A stretch of DNA of 62,897 nucleotides, filler included, from Rhabdomonas costata (lineage: Eukaryota), in assembly GCA_019059605.1 (NCBI GenBank). It is 47 parts of 47 records of this genome, joined end to end, with 100 filler letters (N's around TTAATTAATTAA, not from the genome) between each part and the next. Parts side by side here need not be neighbours in the genome. Positions count along the whole stretch, not along the records: positions 1 to 1,240 come from JAHMHO010022269.1; positions 1,341 to 2,579 come from JAHMHO010022270.1; positions 2,680 to 3,920 come from JAHMHO010022271.1; positions 4,021 to 5,261 come from JAHMHO010022272.1; positions 5,362 to 6,602 come from JAHMHO010022273.1; positions 6,703 to 7,943 come from JAHMHO010022274.1; positions 8,044 to 9,284 come from JAHMHO010022275.1; positions 9,385 to 10,625 come from JAHMHO010022276.1; 39 more parts are not named here. One strand, written 5' to 3'. The notes under the pieces are model-generated. The model had not been told where the DNA came from and did no database searches. It saw nothing but the letters and a program-made list of their open reading frames with translations. The position numbers and the translations under genes were made by a program. Of the stretch, positions 1 through 11,803 are shown piece after piece (within the stretch, counting starts at the first letter, position 1; each line of letters opens with the position of its first letter).

Positions 1-275
1 GTTTTGGGGGACATTCCTCAGCAACTTTGCGCCAAAAGGGAAATTTTAAAGGGAAACGGCAAAGATGGGTGGGTGGTCGGGGGGCAGGTAGCTTGCACTT
101 TTTGATTGGCGAGCCGGTCAGTTTGTGCGTGTGTGGTGGGTGTGTGCATTGAGCGGATTCCAAACTGAAGGCTCGCCACATACGTGCGAGTCCAGTGGCG
201 AGTGGTGATGAAGCAAATAGGGAACAGTTCGAAAAATAGCGAAGTTCTTGTGGAACCGAGAACGGAGGCGCTGAC

Positions 276-988
276 CTTCTTGACATCGCGGAGCTCCTCC
301 ATGATAATCTTCAGGCCCTCCATGGCGTCTCCCATTCTGCCTAACGCGAGGGATACAAATGCATAAACCACACACACAGAGTTGGGTGTAAAGGGTAATA
401 CTGGTACGAATACTGCCAGGAACCAAGTCGGCTCGATTCCATATTTACGGTCCAACACGCTGGTCTCGCACACTGGCCCCACCCCAACCAGGGGTTCCCC
501 TGCGGAACATGGAGGCGGGAGGTACCAAGTTGGCGAAGTTGCCTCAGCGCGCTTAATTGGCCGGAGTCTCGTTCCGTGACCGCGCACACACCGGACACAC
601 CACACAAAATCGTAAGCTCCAGAGAAGGAGGGGGGGGGTTCAATGGATCAAAGATGAAAATGTATCCCAAACCTGAAACGAAATAAAACGAATGGATGTT
701 TTCAGCCCTGTGGAACAATCTCACACACAAGGCAACTGCAAGCACTTACGCAGCATACGAGAACATTAGAGGATCGCGAGACATCGGCTCCACTCAAGAT
801 GCAAGCAACCCACCTCCAAAAGCGCAGTCACCACCGCCCTCTTATGAGAACATACTTTTCACATGTACGAGCTCGTGGATGCGATTCTTCGCGCGGCAGA
901 CCTCGGCGGCATACTCGAGATTGACGTACCGGCTTTGTTGAAGAAAGCGGTACAGCGACCCGGGCTCGTACTCCGCGTACAGTTTCAC
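276..988 (-). CDS. VPS41: Vacuolar protein sorting 41 (HOPS subunit), clathrin-repeat region; two internal exons
   Basis: Exons 988-856 and 340-276 with GT-AG intron splice in frame to VKLYAEYEPGSLYRFLQQSRYVNLEYAAEVCRAKNRIHELVHVKSRMGDAMEGLKIIMEELRDVKK, matching the Vps41 pattern LYAEYD..LL.FL..S...LE.A...C.......L.RMG....L..I.EEL.DV. Confidence 0.85.
366..545. repeat. Interspersed SINE-like repeat family A, copy 1 (in VPS41 intron)
   Basis: Reverse complement aligns with 36755-36847 and 50331-50500; abuts a (CA)n tract. Confidence 0.75.
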
Positions 989-1240
989 CTGCGCGAAATC
1001 AAAGAAGGAGAAAAGGATTCCGTCACACCTTTCTCCATCGAAAACGGGCCAAAGCCCTTTAAGCTTTGTTGCATGGCACTTAACATTTGTTAGCGATGTG
1101 CACGACTTATCAGATATTACGAATATCTTTTCACCATGCCAAAGGGAAAGCCTGCCATTAGGTAAAGAAAGAAAAGAAAGGTGTCTCTCTCCCCACCACT
1201 CCCGCGCAACCTGAAGGTTGTGAAACTCTGACCCCACACC

Positions 1241-1340
1241 NNNNNNNNNNNNNNNNNNNNNNNNNNNNNNNNNNNNNNNNNNNNTTAATTAATTAANNNN
1301 NNNNNNNNNNNNNNNNNNNNNNNNNNNNNNNNNNNNNNNN
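1241..1340. other. Artificial contig linker (first of 46)
   Basis: N44 + TTAATTAATTAA (stops in all six frames) + N44, recurring about every 1,340 bp. Confidence 0.99.
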
Positions 1341-1750
1341 GGTTTGTGGGGTCCTGACCTGTTGTCTGGTGATCCCTGCGAGCACCCAGGCTGCGCGCGT
1401 CCTAGGTAGGGGCAGCTTTTTTTTTTGAGGTGGCACGGGAAATACGGGCGATGTAATACAAGGCCTCTGACTTTTTCACCCGCACCCACACGACACTCCT
1501 GCTCGAACCCAACATGTGGTGAAGTACTTTTCAATTGTTCAAAAGTTCTACGGTTCTGAAGTTTCCTGAGTGGTGCTCAGGATGATAACCATCCCATGCC
1601 ACCTTCACGGGCACACCCGGAAATAGCCCGTGAAGTTCCTAGCGCCATTTCCTCACCTCACCTGGACTCGGTTTTCCAGCTCGGTTTCGGCTTCTACTTG
1701 CATCTTCGCCCCTATTAGCGGTTTAGGGCAGTTTATTAGAAAATCACAAT

Positions 1751-1851
1751 TGCAGACCGGCTAGGGGTGCAACCGGCGGCAGTGGGTCCCTCCCTGCAAA
1801 GGCTGTCTGACTTCCGCAGCCGCCGCAAGCACGTTGTTCAGCGGAAGCGTG
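1751..1851 (+). repeat. Interspersed repeat family B, copy 1
   Basis: GGCAGTGGGTCCCTCCCTGCAAAGGCTGTCTGACTTCCGCAGCCGCCGCAAGC is nearly identical to the reverse complement of 15399-15507. Confidence 0.85.
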
Positions 1852-2548
1852 ATTTTAAGGATTTTTCAAAAACCTTCGAAAAAAACCAAAAGGGCAGTTT
1901 GTCGGCCGAAAAGGACATTCGTTCCCAGGGGAAGAGGTTTATCCTTTTCGACCGATGAATTGCTTGGATTCCGCGATTCCGCGACCCGAATGCTCCCCCC
2001 TTCCGTGCGCGGAAAAGGGTCCTGAGTTGCACCCACTGCTCCCACAGTTGATATTAGGATTACCTTTAGCTGGTTTCCATGTGCACAGATCCCGTGCGCC
2101 AGCACCACCGCTGGGTTCGGGAAGCTCCCGAAAATGGGCCACTCCTTCCGAGCTTGCTCATGTGCTGTCGTACTCTTGAGCTCGTTCGTTGGCTGCCCCA
2201 CTCCCTCCTCTGGTAACTTTTTTCAGAGTTGTCCCTGTAAAGGCTCACTTGTGTGTGTTGGGCGAGGCGTTTTAGGGGCTATCCTTGTGTAAGATTGTGA
2301 TTTTGCAACGTGTCACTTGCCTTCATGTTGTTGCTTGTTGCTTGGTGAGTTTTGTTCCAGCCGTTGGTTGTGCTAAAAGCTGGCCGACGCCTCCCTCGCT
2401 TTGCTGCGCTTTTGTGGAAAGGCTTGACATCGGGTCGATCCCGCCTCTCGCCTCAGTTACTCAGTTAGGGATCAGTCGCCTCTTCCTGCCGACCTTCTTC
2501 TTTGCTTCATGGTGTCTTGTAGGTACGCTGCTGTTACCCCCCCCCCCA

Positions 2549-2579
2549 CCAAACACACCAACCACAAGATCGGAAGAGC
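2549..2579 (+). other. WGA primer remnant plus Illumina adapter (technical sequence)
   Basis: CCAAACACACCAACCACA followed by AGATCGGAAGAGC (2567-2579), the start of the Illumina TruSeq adapter. Confidence 0.95.
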
Positions 2580-3255
2580 NNNNNNNNNNNNNNNNNNNNN
2601 NNNNNNNNNNNNNNNNNNNNNNNTTAATTAATTAANNNNNNNNNNNNNNNNNNNNNNNNNNNNNNNNNNNNNNNNNNNNTTGTGGGGGGGAGGGCGCGGC
2701 GAGGGCCACCCCCGTGGGAGAGAACGCCACCGCAAGCACCTGGAAAGGCCACACCAGACGTTGCGCAGAGTTGCGGTGAGAAGGCGGTTACCAACTCACA
2801 AGGAATAGAAAAAGAAGGGGTACCGGCAATATGGCGACCACGCGGGGGGTTTCCCAAAACGCACTTGGTTGGAATGAATAGGGGAGCAAACAGCAGGTTC
2901 AATTTCTATTGTCCATTGGATCATCACAAAGCACAACGGGAAAATGCCTCATTGCTAACGAAGACAAGCAATTTTTGCCAAACCCAACAAGGATGTCTAA
3001 AATCAATTGGTGGTGCACGACGACGACAACAAACAAATGTCATGAGCTGATTCGGGTGATGGCTGAAGTGCTTGACGGGCCGTGACCTGAAACATGACAC
3101 ACACATGAAACATTTTCCAAAGTCCCCAAGGAAGATAAAGCGATGTCCCGTCGAGGGTCTCGTTATGCAACGTAATTCCTAGGATAATCATTGGTGCACG
3201 TGGAACAAACCGCTGACCCAAATTCGCATTACTGGAATGCATTTATCCACCCCAC

Positions 3256-3501
3256 CCGCAGCCGCCACACTACAAACCGGGCTGCGGTGCCCACGGCACG
3301 CGGAGGACTCCGCCCCTGTGGTGGCATCCCACAGGCTGAAGGTGCCGTCCTCGCTGCCGGTGAGGACCTGCTGGGCGTCCGGGCTGAACTCGCAGCAGGT
3401 AGGCGGGCTGCCCTCCCTCCGCATGGTCTTCAGCAGAGTCCCAGAGAAGATGTCCCACACCCTCACCGTGGCATCCCTCGAGGTGGTGACGAGGCGATGC
3501 C
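3256..3501 (-). CDS. WD40-repeat protein, internal exon
   Basis: AG/GT-bounded exon encoding RLVTTSRDATVRVWD...CCEFSPDAQQVLTGSEDGTFSLWDATTG...GHRSPVCSV (two WD repeats and the next GH). Confidence 0.9.
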
Positions 3502-4559
3502 CTGAGGAAGGAGAAAGGGCCGGAACCGCCAACTCATCGTTCCACCGAAGACTGGGTTTCAACTTTTAATTTCTGAAACGTAAGAAATTTTTTCGTAAGT
3601 TTTTTTTTGAAGCTTCAAACTTCACATCACTCCAGCAACAGAGATCCGCACGGTTCCAAGGGCATGAGGGACGCAACAATAAACCAAGTCCCGCAGAGAT
3701 GATAAACCGGCTTACAATGAACAAGCACCATTGAGGTTGTAGGTGGGAAGAATTTCGCCAAAAAGACAAAAAGCAGCACCGCGTCAAGAGATCAACAACC
3801 CGGCAGGAATACATCTACTATGTACAGTTTTATATCGAAAATACTATTCCTCGGAAAAACCCGACCAGAACAACAGAGCCCAACTTTGGGCAGTGAGAGT
3901 AGTGAGCGCAACACACACACNNNNNNNNNNNNNNNNNNNNNNNNNNNNNNNNNNNNNNNNNNNNTTAATTAATTAANNNNNNNNNNNNNNNNNNNNNNNN
4001 NNNNNNNNNNNNNNNNNNNNCATTACCTAATATATTGGCGGTTATAGCTCGTTTTTTTTGTGGGCTTTCAGGTCGAGAACTTGCTGGTCGGATCGGACCG
4101 CAACTACAAGGTTCAGCCACTTGCCGTTGTTTGACCTTACCTTGGTTTTCTCTTTTTGCTGGTGAAGACATGACTACCACGTCGTGGGTGTCAAGTCAAA
4201 GATTCCGACTTTCCTCAATTGAAGACCCGAGGCACTTATGCTAGCTGACTTAGTCCGCTGCAGCAACAGAAGTTTTTGGACTCCCTGGACTTCCATTTGC
4301 ATGCTTGTGTCCTTCCAAAAAAGTGTGCGAGGTTCTTTTTTTAGTGGCCCTGTGGAACGCACGGCTACTCGGCAAACGGCAAACGGCTGACGGAATCCCG
4401 TCGGGCGAAAAGGAGCGAAAGGTAAGAAGGTCCAAGGGAAGAAAACTCTAACCCAACTTTTCTTCAGATACCGTTGCCCGCATTCATTTTCAGAAACAGT
4501 AGTGTCAGGGGGGAAAGCGCTGTGGGTTTCTCAGTGATGCGTGCTCCTCTTCGCGACAG

Positions 4560-5096
4560 TTGTGTGACTTTGGGAGCTGCACGCGGTCAGCGTTTGAGCC
4601 CGTGAGCAGCCGGGACGTCGCGGCAGCTGAGGAGGAGCTCGACCGCACTACCACGCTCTGCTACCGTGCCCCGGAGATGGTCGACCTGCACTCCCGTCGC
4701 CGCATCGACGAGCGCGTGGACATCTGGGCCCTGGGTGCGTGTGCACCTTATGTCTGTTTGGACGGCGCACATGGAATGCCAAAGGGCACTTTGCCTTTTG
4801 GTCCAGCGAAGACGTGAGGAAATTTGGCAAGGAACGGAGTTCTTCTGGCTTTTCCCCTGGGATAAAGCTGATAGTTCACAACTGGGGTAACACTCACGGA
4901 TACTCTTGCAGGATGCCTGCTGTTCTACCTGTGCTTTTTCGAGCTGCCGTTTGAGGAGCAGAAGCTTTCTATCCTGCATGGCAAGTATACCATTCCCCGA
5001 GCCCACGAGTACTCCAAGGACGTCGAGGAGCTGATCCGGAGCTGCCTCACCCAGGACCCTACTCAGCGACCCGACGCATGGACCCTTCTGAAGAAG
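4560..5096 (+). CDS. NAK/Ark1-Prk1 family Ser/Thr kinase (AAK1/GAK-like), subdomains VII-XI; two exons
   Basis: Exons 4560-4734 and 4912-5096, GT-AG intron: LCDFGSC...TTLCYRAPEMVDLH..IDERVDIWALG|CLLFYLCFFELPFEE...CLTQDPTQRPD. Confidence 0.9.
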
Positions 5097-5469
5097 GTGT
5101 GGGTAGGTTGTGCTGCTTTGGATGGGGTCCTTGTGTGCTCACTCCTCCGACCCCCACTCGATGTGCCCTCTTCCGCCCATTTCCGTATTCGCCCGAATCT
5201 CACCGCCAGCGCTGCCCGATTTCTTCAGCTCCGGCACCACCCCCCCAACCACACCCAACACNNNNNNNNNNNNNNNNNNNNNNNNNNNNNNNNNNNNNNN
5301 NNNNNTTAATTAATTAANNNNNNNNNNNNNNNNNNNNNNNNNNNNNNNNNNNNNNNNNNNNTGTGGGTGGGTTGCGGTGGAGGTGGCCGGAGTTCGGGGG
5401 CATCTGATACTCCGTCACAAGCAATTCCAACAAAGCGGAAAAAACATCGGTTGCCTGTGTGCGTAGTGG

Positions 5470-5968
5470 GGGGTTATGTAGGTGGTCTCTCTGCGGACAT
5501 TTTGAACTTCCATACGTCTCCAGTCAATGGCTAATTTCGATGCAGGAAGGTGCAGCCCATCACGAGAATGGGGCTGTAACTCGGAAAAACAGCCGAGCTG
5601 GTCTTTTGCCGAGCAACACCGAGCAACACATGGACGTAGGTGTTAACGGTGAGAGTCGACCCATTGGCCACTCGAACTGCAATGAGGTGCTTCAGTCTTT
5701 TACGCGGTAGCTGGAGCTCCTTTACCGGGTTGTCACTGATGAAACAGTCCAAGGCGCCCGAATCCAGAAGGGCGAGGACACTTCCAAAGGTACGTGGTAG
5801 GAAAAGCAATGGTTTTGGTGCTGGTGGTTCGTGTGGGTCACTGCCAACATCTGCTAGACATAATCGTTCAGGAACAATCGGGAAAGGAATGGTAGAGAAG
5901 GTTGGTTTTGCAGCAGGTTCAGGGGTTGGGAGGAAGATTGAGGAATAGTCAGTAAGAAACAACAACAT
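5470..5968 (-). mobile_element. Decayed Ty3/Gypsy LTR retrotransposon, aspartic protease region
   Basis: ALLDSGALDCFIS...IAVRVANGS...ILVMGCTFLHRN, then a stop/frameshift into AIDW; retropepsin DSG motif; no introns. Confidence 0.8.
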
Positions 5969-6866
5969 TGTTCGAATCGTTGGTCAAAGTGACATTTTTC
6001 ACACCCTCTACCCTCAGTGTGCACTTCCCCATTATCACTCCTGGATACAGGAAACGAAGACAAGACGCCTAACGGATGGACCGACTGCATCTCGCAACTC
6101 GGTGTGTTGGAGAGACTACCAATCAGTGAGCCGCTGGCTCCGCTTTGTATGTCAGCCGATGACTCAAAAGCCCACAAAGTACTGCCGACTTTCGCTGGTC
6201 GCAAATCACGAAACAGCGAGACTGGGGGGTTGCCCAACTGGGGCTCTGCCTGTAATTCACGCGGCAGAGACTCCGGCTGGCATTCCGGAGGTGGTCCCAC
6301 ATCTACTCAACGCACGTTAGTCGGGGGCTGATGAGGGTATCAACGTCGCTTCTCGAAAACGCCGGTATTTGGAAGTGGAATGATGTCTGAGTTGAAACTT
6401 CCGACTTCCCTGTCACTGGCGTACCGCACGTTGATGACAGTGCTGGACATTTTCCATCTGTTTTCGGTGTCTACGGTCCGACTCACACCTGGTGATTCCT
6501 CTAACGACTCCACCCCACTAACTGGACTACTGTACAATGCGCAACACAAGCAAGAAAGCAGGCAGCTTGTTGGAGGCGACTCACATTTAGAAGATGACAG
6601 TANNNNNNNNNNNNNNNNNNNNNNNNNNNNNNNNNNNNNNNNNNNNTTAATTAATTAANNNNNNNNNNNNNNNNNNNNNNNNNNNNNNNNNNNNNNNNNN
6701 NNTGTGGGTGGGTATGATGCCCATCTTCACCGTTCCATTTTCCTGCTTCTCCTTGATAGCCTCGCGAACGGAAATAGGTTGTTAAACGGTATAATGTTGT
6801 TATCCGAAGTAACGTTGTTATACGGTATAATTTACAGGAGGAACGGTAGAAGGAAATTGACCCAAC

Positions 6867-7907
6867 CTGCTGGAGGTGATACGGCGAGCCCAGCACAGGA
6901 ATGTCCTGAAAGTCCACCACGGTCTCAACCGTCACCCCGGGCTTCAGCGCCTGCCGGATGCACTTGCTGGTGTGCGCCAGCTGCTCGGCCAACGACAGTG
7001 CCTGAACCGCCAGGAACTCCCTCCCGGACTGCAGGTTGTACACATCCTGCGCGCACCAAGCATAGCTGATACTATTGCAGAAACTAATACGCTGAGGGTT
7101 CAAACGCCGCTTTTGCTCAATGAGCAATGAGAAGCGAGAAGAAGCCGTAGCAAGGTTCCCCACGAGGTGAAGTGGCCGGTCGGTCAGGGTGGGAAAGACA
7201 TTTCTTTTCAGAGGAAGAGAGAAGGCGTAGGCCAAAGAGAGCTCCGGTGTGGTCGTCATGTTGGGTGAACAGAACAAAGTGGAAGAATCACAATGTGACA
7301 AGTGGCCTCGGAACTCCGCAGACGAAGGCGGTGGCAAAAAGGATTAAGTGGAAGGCAGAGGAAAGAATATTCTTTCGATGCCAACAGAACATGAGGACCT
7401 ATTTTGGAACATGAAGACAGGCTGAGTCCCGAGTTTCAGCAGTAAGACACTCGCAACGACTAAACTCAACATCATCCTGCGAACTTCGAACAACTTGCTT
7501 CGAACAACTACCATCAGGTTGTCGATGGTGTGCAGTGTCATTCCCAGGCACTGCTCAGCATACTCCACCTCAGTCTTCGCCAGCGCCAGAGCCCCATCCT
7601 GCAGCCAGAGCGAAGAGAGGGAGGAAGGGATAGAAATGGGCAATCAAGAAAAAGCACCACAACACATCGCTGTTGCGTCCCCGCGAGAATAGGCATCACT
7701 TGGGATGCAAGAGACGAAGCAAACAAGAAAGCGCCCCAAGGAAGGAAAAGGGAGGGCTTCGAGGGGAAGGCGCAGATGCCGCGGTAGGGTTGGAGAGCGC
7801 CTGCAAGGCCTGGGTCACTCCGTGAATCGCCCCGTTCAGGGGGTTCCTCAGCACATGGAACAGGTACTGCGAGAACCGCTGTTGAGTTTCCAGCTGGGCC
7901 TCCGCCA
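6867..7907 (-). CDS. Sensor histidine kinase (HisKA domain and start of ATPase domain); three exons
   Basis: Exons 7907-7801, 7598-7512, 7046-6867 give QRFSQYLFHVLRNPLNGAIHG..ALQ|DGAL...IDNLM|DVYNLQSG...VLGSPYHLQQ; H-box (cf. SHELRTPLNG), second helix (cf. INDILDLSKIEAG) and N-box lead-in. Confidence 0.8.
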
Positions 7908-10876
7908 CTGCAGGAAAATAAGGAAAGCAAGGAAACTTTGCTTNNNNNNNNNNNNNNNNNNNNNNNNNNNNNNNNNNNNNNNNNNNNTTAATTAATTAAN
8001 NNNNNNNNNNNNNNNNNNNNNNNNNNNNNNNNNNNNNNNNNNNGTGGGGTGGTTCGAATAAAGGTTTGCGCAGGTGTTTTTGGCACGACCGGAATTTCCA
8101 ACCCAGCCCGATGGCGATCAATGTGGATCAATGGCGTTTTATTTTGCGGTACTTTGGTAAGGTATGTTGGTTTGTTTCCAGCGGCCCGTGACTTGGCGCG
8201 GGACCACAAGGTTCTTCAGGCGTTATCTCGCATCAACTGAAAATCTGCGTTCATATTGCAAGCATTCTTCTATTCATTACAGTACCAACACAATTTTCGT
8301 CTTTTTCATTTGAGGCACATGGGATGCAAATCACTGGATGCTACATTCAAGGAACATTTCCATGTAGTACTCAATGAAGAGTGGTTTACCAGAGCTTGGT
8401 GATTTGTGCAACTCTCCGCGTCCGCGGAGGGTGGAAAATGTGAGGCTTAGTAGAAATTTCCAAGCGTATCCTTCCTTCCAAAACGAGATGTGACAAAGTC
8501 ATACACATACAACACATCCAGGAACAACCATGGTTCACAAACATGTACTGCACTCACGAAACATTACATGTGAAGCGCAAGTACGGCGCCAAACCACCAA
8601 ACCATTCCAACAACCGTACTGAGCTCAGGACAGCGGACATATCCCGACTTCGTTCTTAATGTTTGCACGGGTGAATTGCTTGCCAGAGACCAGGCAGGAG
8701 TAGATTCGCAGCCCGTTCTTAACTTCACGGAACTCACAGGCCTGGCACACCTCAGGCACTATAGTCACCGTCCTGAAAGAACAGCACAAATACTTTGCCA
8801 TCATAAAGCAGAGACCAAAAAGCAGACATATGGATATGGACCTATGGACCCCCAAAAAAAATTGCATTGGTGTGCGACTGTGATACGAGGGGCGTTGATG
8901 AGGTCCATGGCGGTAAAGGAGAGGAATACGCTGGATTGTCGACACGTCATGCGCACACGTTCTTAGAGCTAACAATGAAAAGCGGGCACATACACTTCAA
9001 GGACTATGTGCCACTATTAGCTCCCTCACCTAAAGATAATTACAGACGAATGGCGTCGAACAATTGACCTAGTGCAAAATAAACCCAGAACAAATGGCGA
9101 GCGAGAGACACCTTGGTCCACCATTCAGTGGTTGGCCGTGAGAGATGACCTGAAAAATAATTGAAATCAACCAGCAAAACACTTCGCCGAGCCTTCTGCC
9201 TTTTTGTGGTGGTTGTTCTTTCGTTTCACTCAAGGCTTCCAGTGTCCGCCAGCATTCATAATTTGTTCAAGGGGAAGAAAGACANNNNNNNNNNNNNNNN
9301 NNNNNNNNNNNNNNNNNNNNNNNNNNNNTTAATTAATTAANNNNNNNNNNNNNNNNNNNNNNNNNNNNNNNNNNNNNNNNNNNNCTGTTTTTGGATGAGG
9401 CAACGCAGGAATGAGGCCAGAGGCCATGGTAGTAGCAGCGGTGAACCCCAGTAACGCTGAGCAGTCCGGGGCCCAGAGTACTGCGTGCGTGAATGCACGT
9501 AGCCTTTCATCGCTGCTCCAAAAGACGATCGACCGAGTCTAGCCTTGCTGTGCGATCCCTCTCCCGATCCCATACAAGACATATTGTATCGTTCATGAAC
9601 GTGTATGCAGAACGTGTGAGCGATTGCAATTGCACCACCTTCTCTTGGTTTTTACGGACTGTCGAATTTTTCCCTCTGCATCCCGTTCTGGTCGGTGCTC
9701 TTTAGGAGTCTCATTTCTCTGACCTCTTGCCCCCAGTGTTGTATTTTTCCATGCTTCTCTGCGGGGCTAAGACGTTGTTTCATAATAGAAGCTGGCTGGA
9801 CATATGTGTACATTGCTCTCCGTTTTGCTCCCGCTTCTTGCCAAACAATTAAAGTGAGTGTGTGCTCTGCTGGTGGGTGCTCGAGTGTGTGCGTGTTTTG
9901 CAGCACTTGGTTTTGATTTGTTTTTTGTCGGTTTCTTGCGATGCGCAATAAAGGTTTCTCCATAGAAGAATCACTGGACCAAATGGATAAGGGGCGATTT
10001 TCTGCCGTCAACTGCGAGCAATAGGCCTTGGGTCACTGGAAAATGCCCATAACTGCCTTCACAGCTGGGTTTCGTATTGGTGAGCGCAAGCTACAACTTA
10101 CTCCAGAAGCCAGTCACCTGTATAGAGATTCTCTCAATATTTTTTCATTTTAGATTGTTTCCTGCACTTGCTGAACTTACGCCTGATGGTGCCCGCACCA
10201 CCGTTACTTGAGATTCGCTGGGTACGTCAGGTTCGGGTTCGGACAACAATTTGGCTGGTATCAACTGGAAGATCTGTTGTGTGAATGGAGTATCTGACAT
10301 TAGAAATGCCTGAATAAACAAAGTTTTGCTTGTTGCCAATTCTTAGTGCCAAGACCGGGGTCCGTCCGTTCGGAAATGACCAAACAGCTCTGGTTCTTGC
10401 ACTGATCGAATGTTCTCGTCAAAAGCGCGCAAGATTCCCTGAACGTGCGGTCTGTAGCGGATCCCGAGAACTGTGCATGGTGTCTTATCGTGAGAGTCCG
10501 TATGAACTCATCCCTGGTTTCTCCAACACAGCCTCTTTTCTTTCCTCGCTGTGATTTTGTATAGCTTTATTTTAGCTCACTTTACCCTATCATCGGTCTT
10601 TTCCATTTCTCTCCACTCTTGGAGANNNNNNNNNNNNNNNNNNNNNNNNNNNNNNNNNNNNNNNNNNNNTTAATTAATTAANNNNNNNNNNNNNNNNNNN
10701 NNNNNNNNNNNNNNNNNNNNNNNNNGGTTGGTGGTTAACACGACATGGGTGGGTCGTGTTAACCACCAAAGTAATGCAGAACACTAACATCCTTGATGCA
10801 AAACATGACCCGGGATCTGGGCAAATCACTGATCCTGAAACTTACTCGTTCAGCAATGATGGGCACAGGCACACAC

Positions 10877-11803
10877 CACAGGCCGCTCCCTGGAAGGCCC
10901 AGCTGCCATCCTCACACCGGAACTGCAGGAAGTCCATGCACCGTATGGCGGAGGAGCCAAACGTCTCATTGCCCACGGCGCACGCCGCTGTGCCAAAACC
11001 ATTGTTGTGAGAAGGAGAGGGGCTTTCACCGACGGTGATAATCAGACCCTTCTTCTTTTCGAAACTCCTGTCGTGCAGCTGTTGCGGTCTTCACACACGT
11101 AGTCGCCCAGAACAGTGCCCGAATGTTCCACCCAAAAACTGAAAATTAGCTTTGCTTAAGATCCACCGTGCGCGCGCGGTGAGAACTATGCTTTTGAGCC
11201 ACAGCACAGGGTATGCTGACATGCCGTGTATGGTAGTTGTCGACAAAATGACATTTTGTAGTTCACACAACACTCAAATGCAGCTTTACACAGGCCCAAC
11301 TCAGCCCAAGGCAGCACTCAACTCCAAAACACGAGAGCTGGAACGAGGGGAGAAAAGATGTACTCCGATGATAAGGTAGGGTAGCGATGAGGAGAACTCG
11401 ATGCAGGGACGGGACCCTCCACACTGCGGGAGGACTGGCGGTTGTGTCACACACCGCACATCCCGTCGGCAACCCACACGGTGTAGTTGCAGCGGAGCTT
11501 CTGGGCCGCCTCGCACCGCACGCCGCCGTGCGGGAACAGCCGCCCCCCATAGCTGCACTGCCCTGAGCGCACGATACGGAAGGAGTGAAAAAGTATCAAG
11601 CCGCACCCACGCTGGGCTACGCAAGCGCTCTCATAGGAAAAAATCGCTGAACATCACTGAACAGAAAAAATAGTTAAACAGGCATGCAGGCATACCGCAG
11701 GTCCCGATGGGGGCCCAGTTCCCGTCCCGGCAGGCCATGTCCACTCCCTCCAGGCACTGCCGCTGGCCGTGTACCAGAACCTCCTCCCCCACGTAGCACT
11801 GCC
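10877..11803 (-). CDS. Protein with tandem ~36-aa four-cysteine modules, one per exon
   Basis: Phase-1 exons 11803-11696, 11562-11455, 10987-10877: GQCYVGEEVLVHGQRQCLEGVDMACRDGNWAPIGTC / GQCSYGGRLFPHGGVRCEAAQKLRCNYTVWVADGMC / AACAVGNETFGSSAIRCMDFLQFRCEDGSWAFQGAAC. Confidence 0.85.

Noticed and set aside
6328-6365. CTGATGA...GAAA hammerhead ribozyme core
   Set aside because: Stems I and II cannot be formed convincingly.
8625-8975. Cys-containing ORF as a viral or transposase gene
   Set aside because: No recognisable motif; surrounding frames are full of stops.
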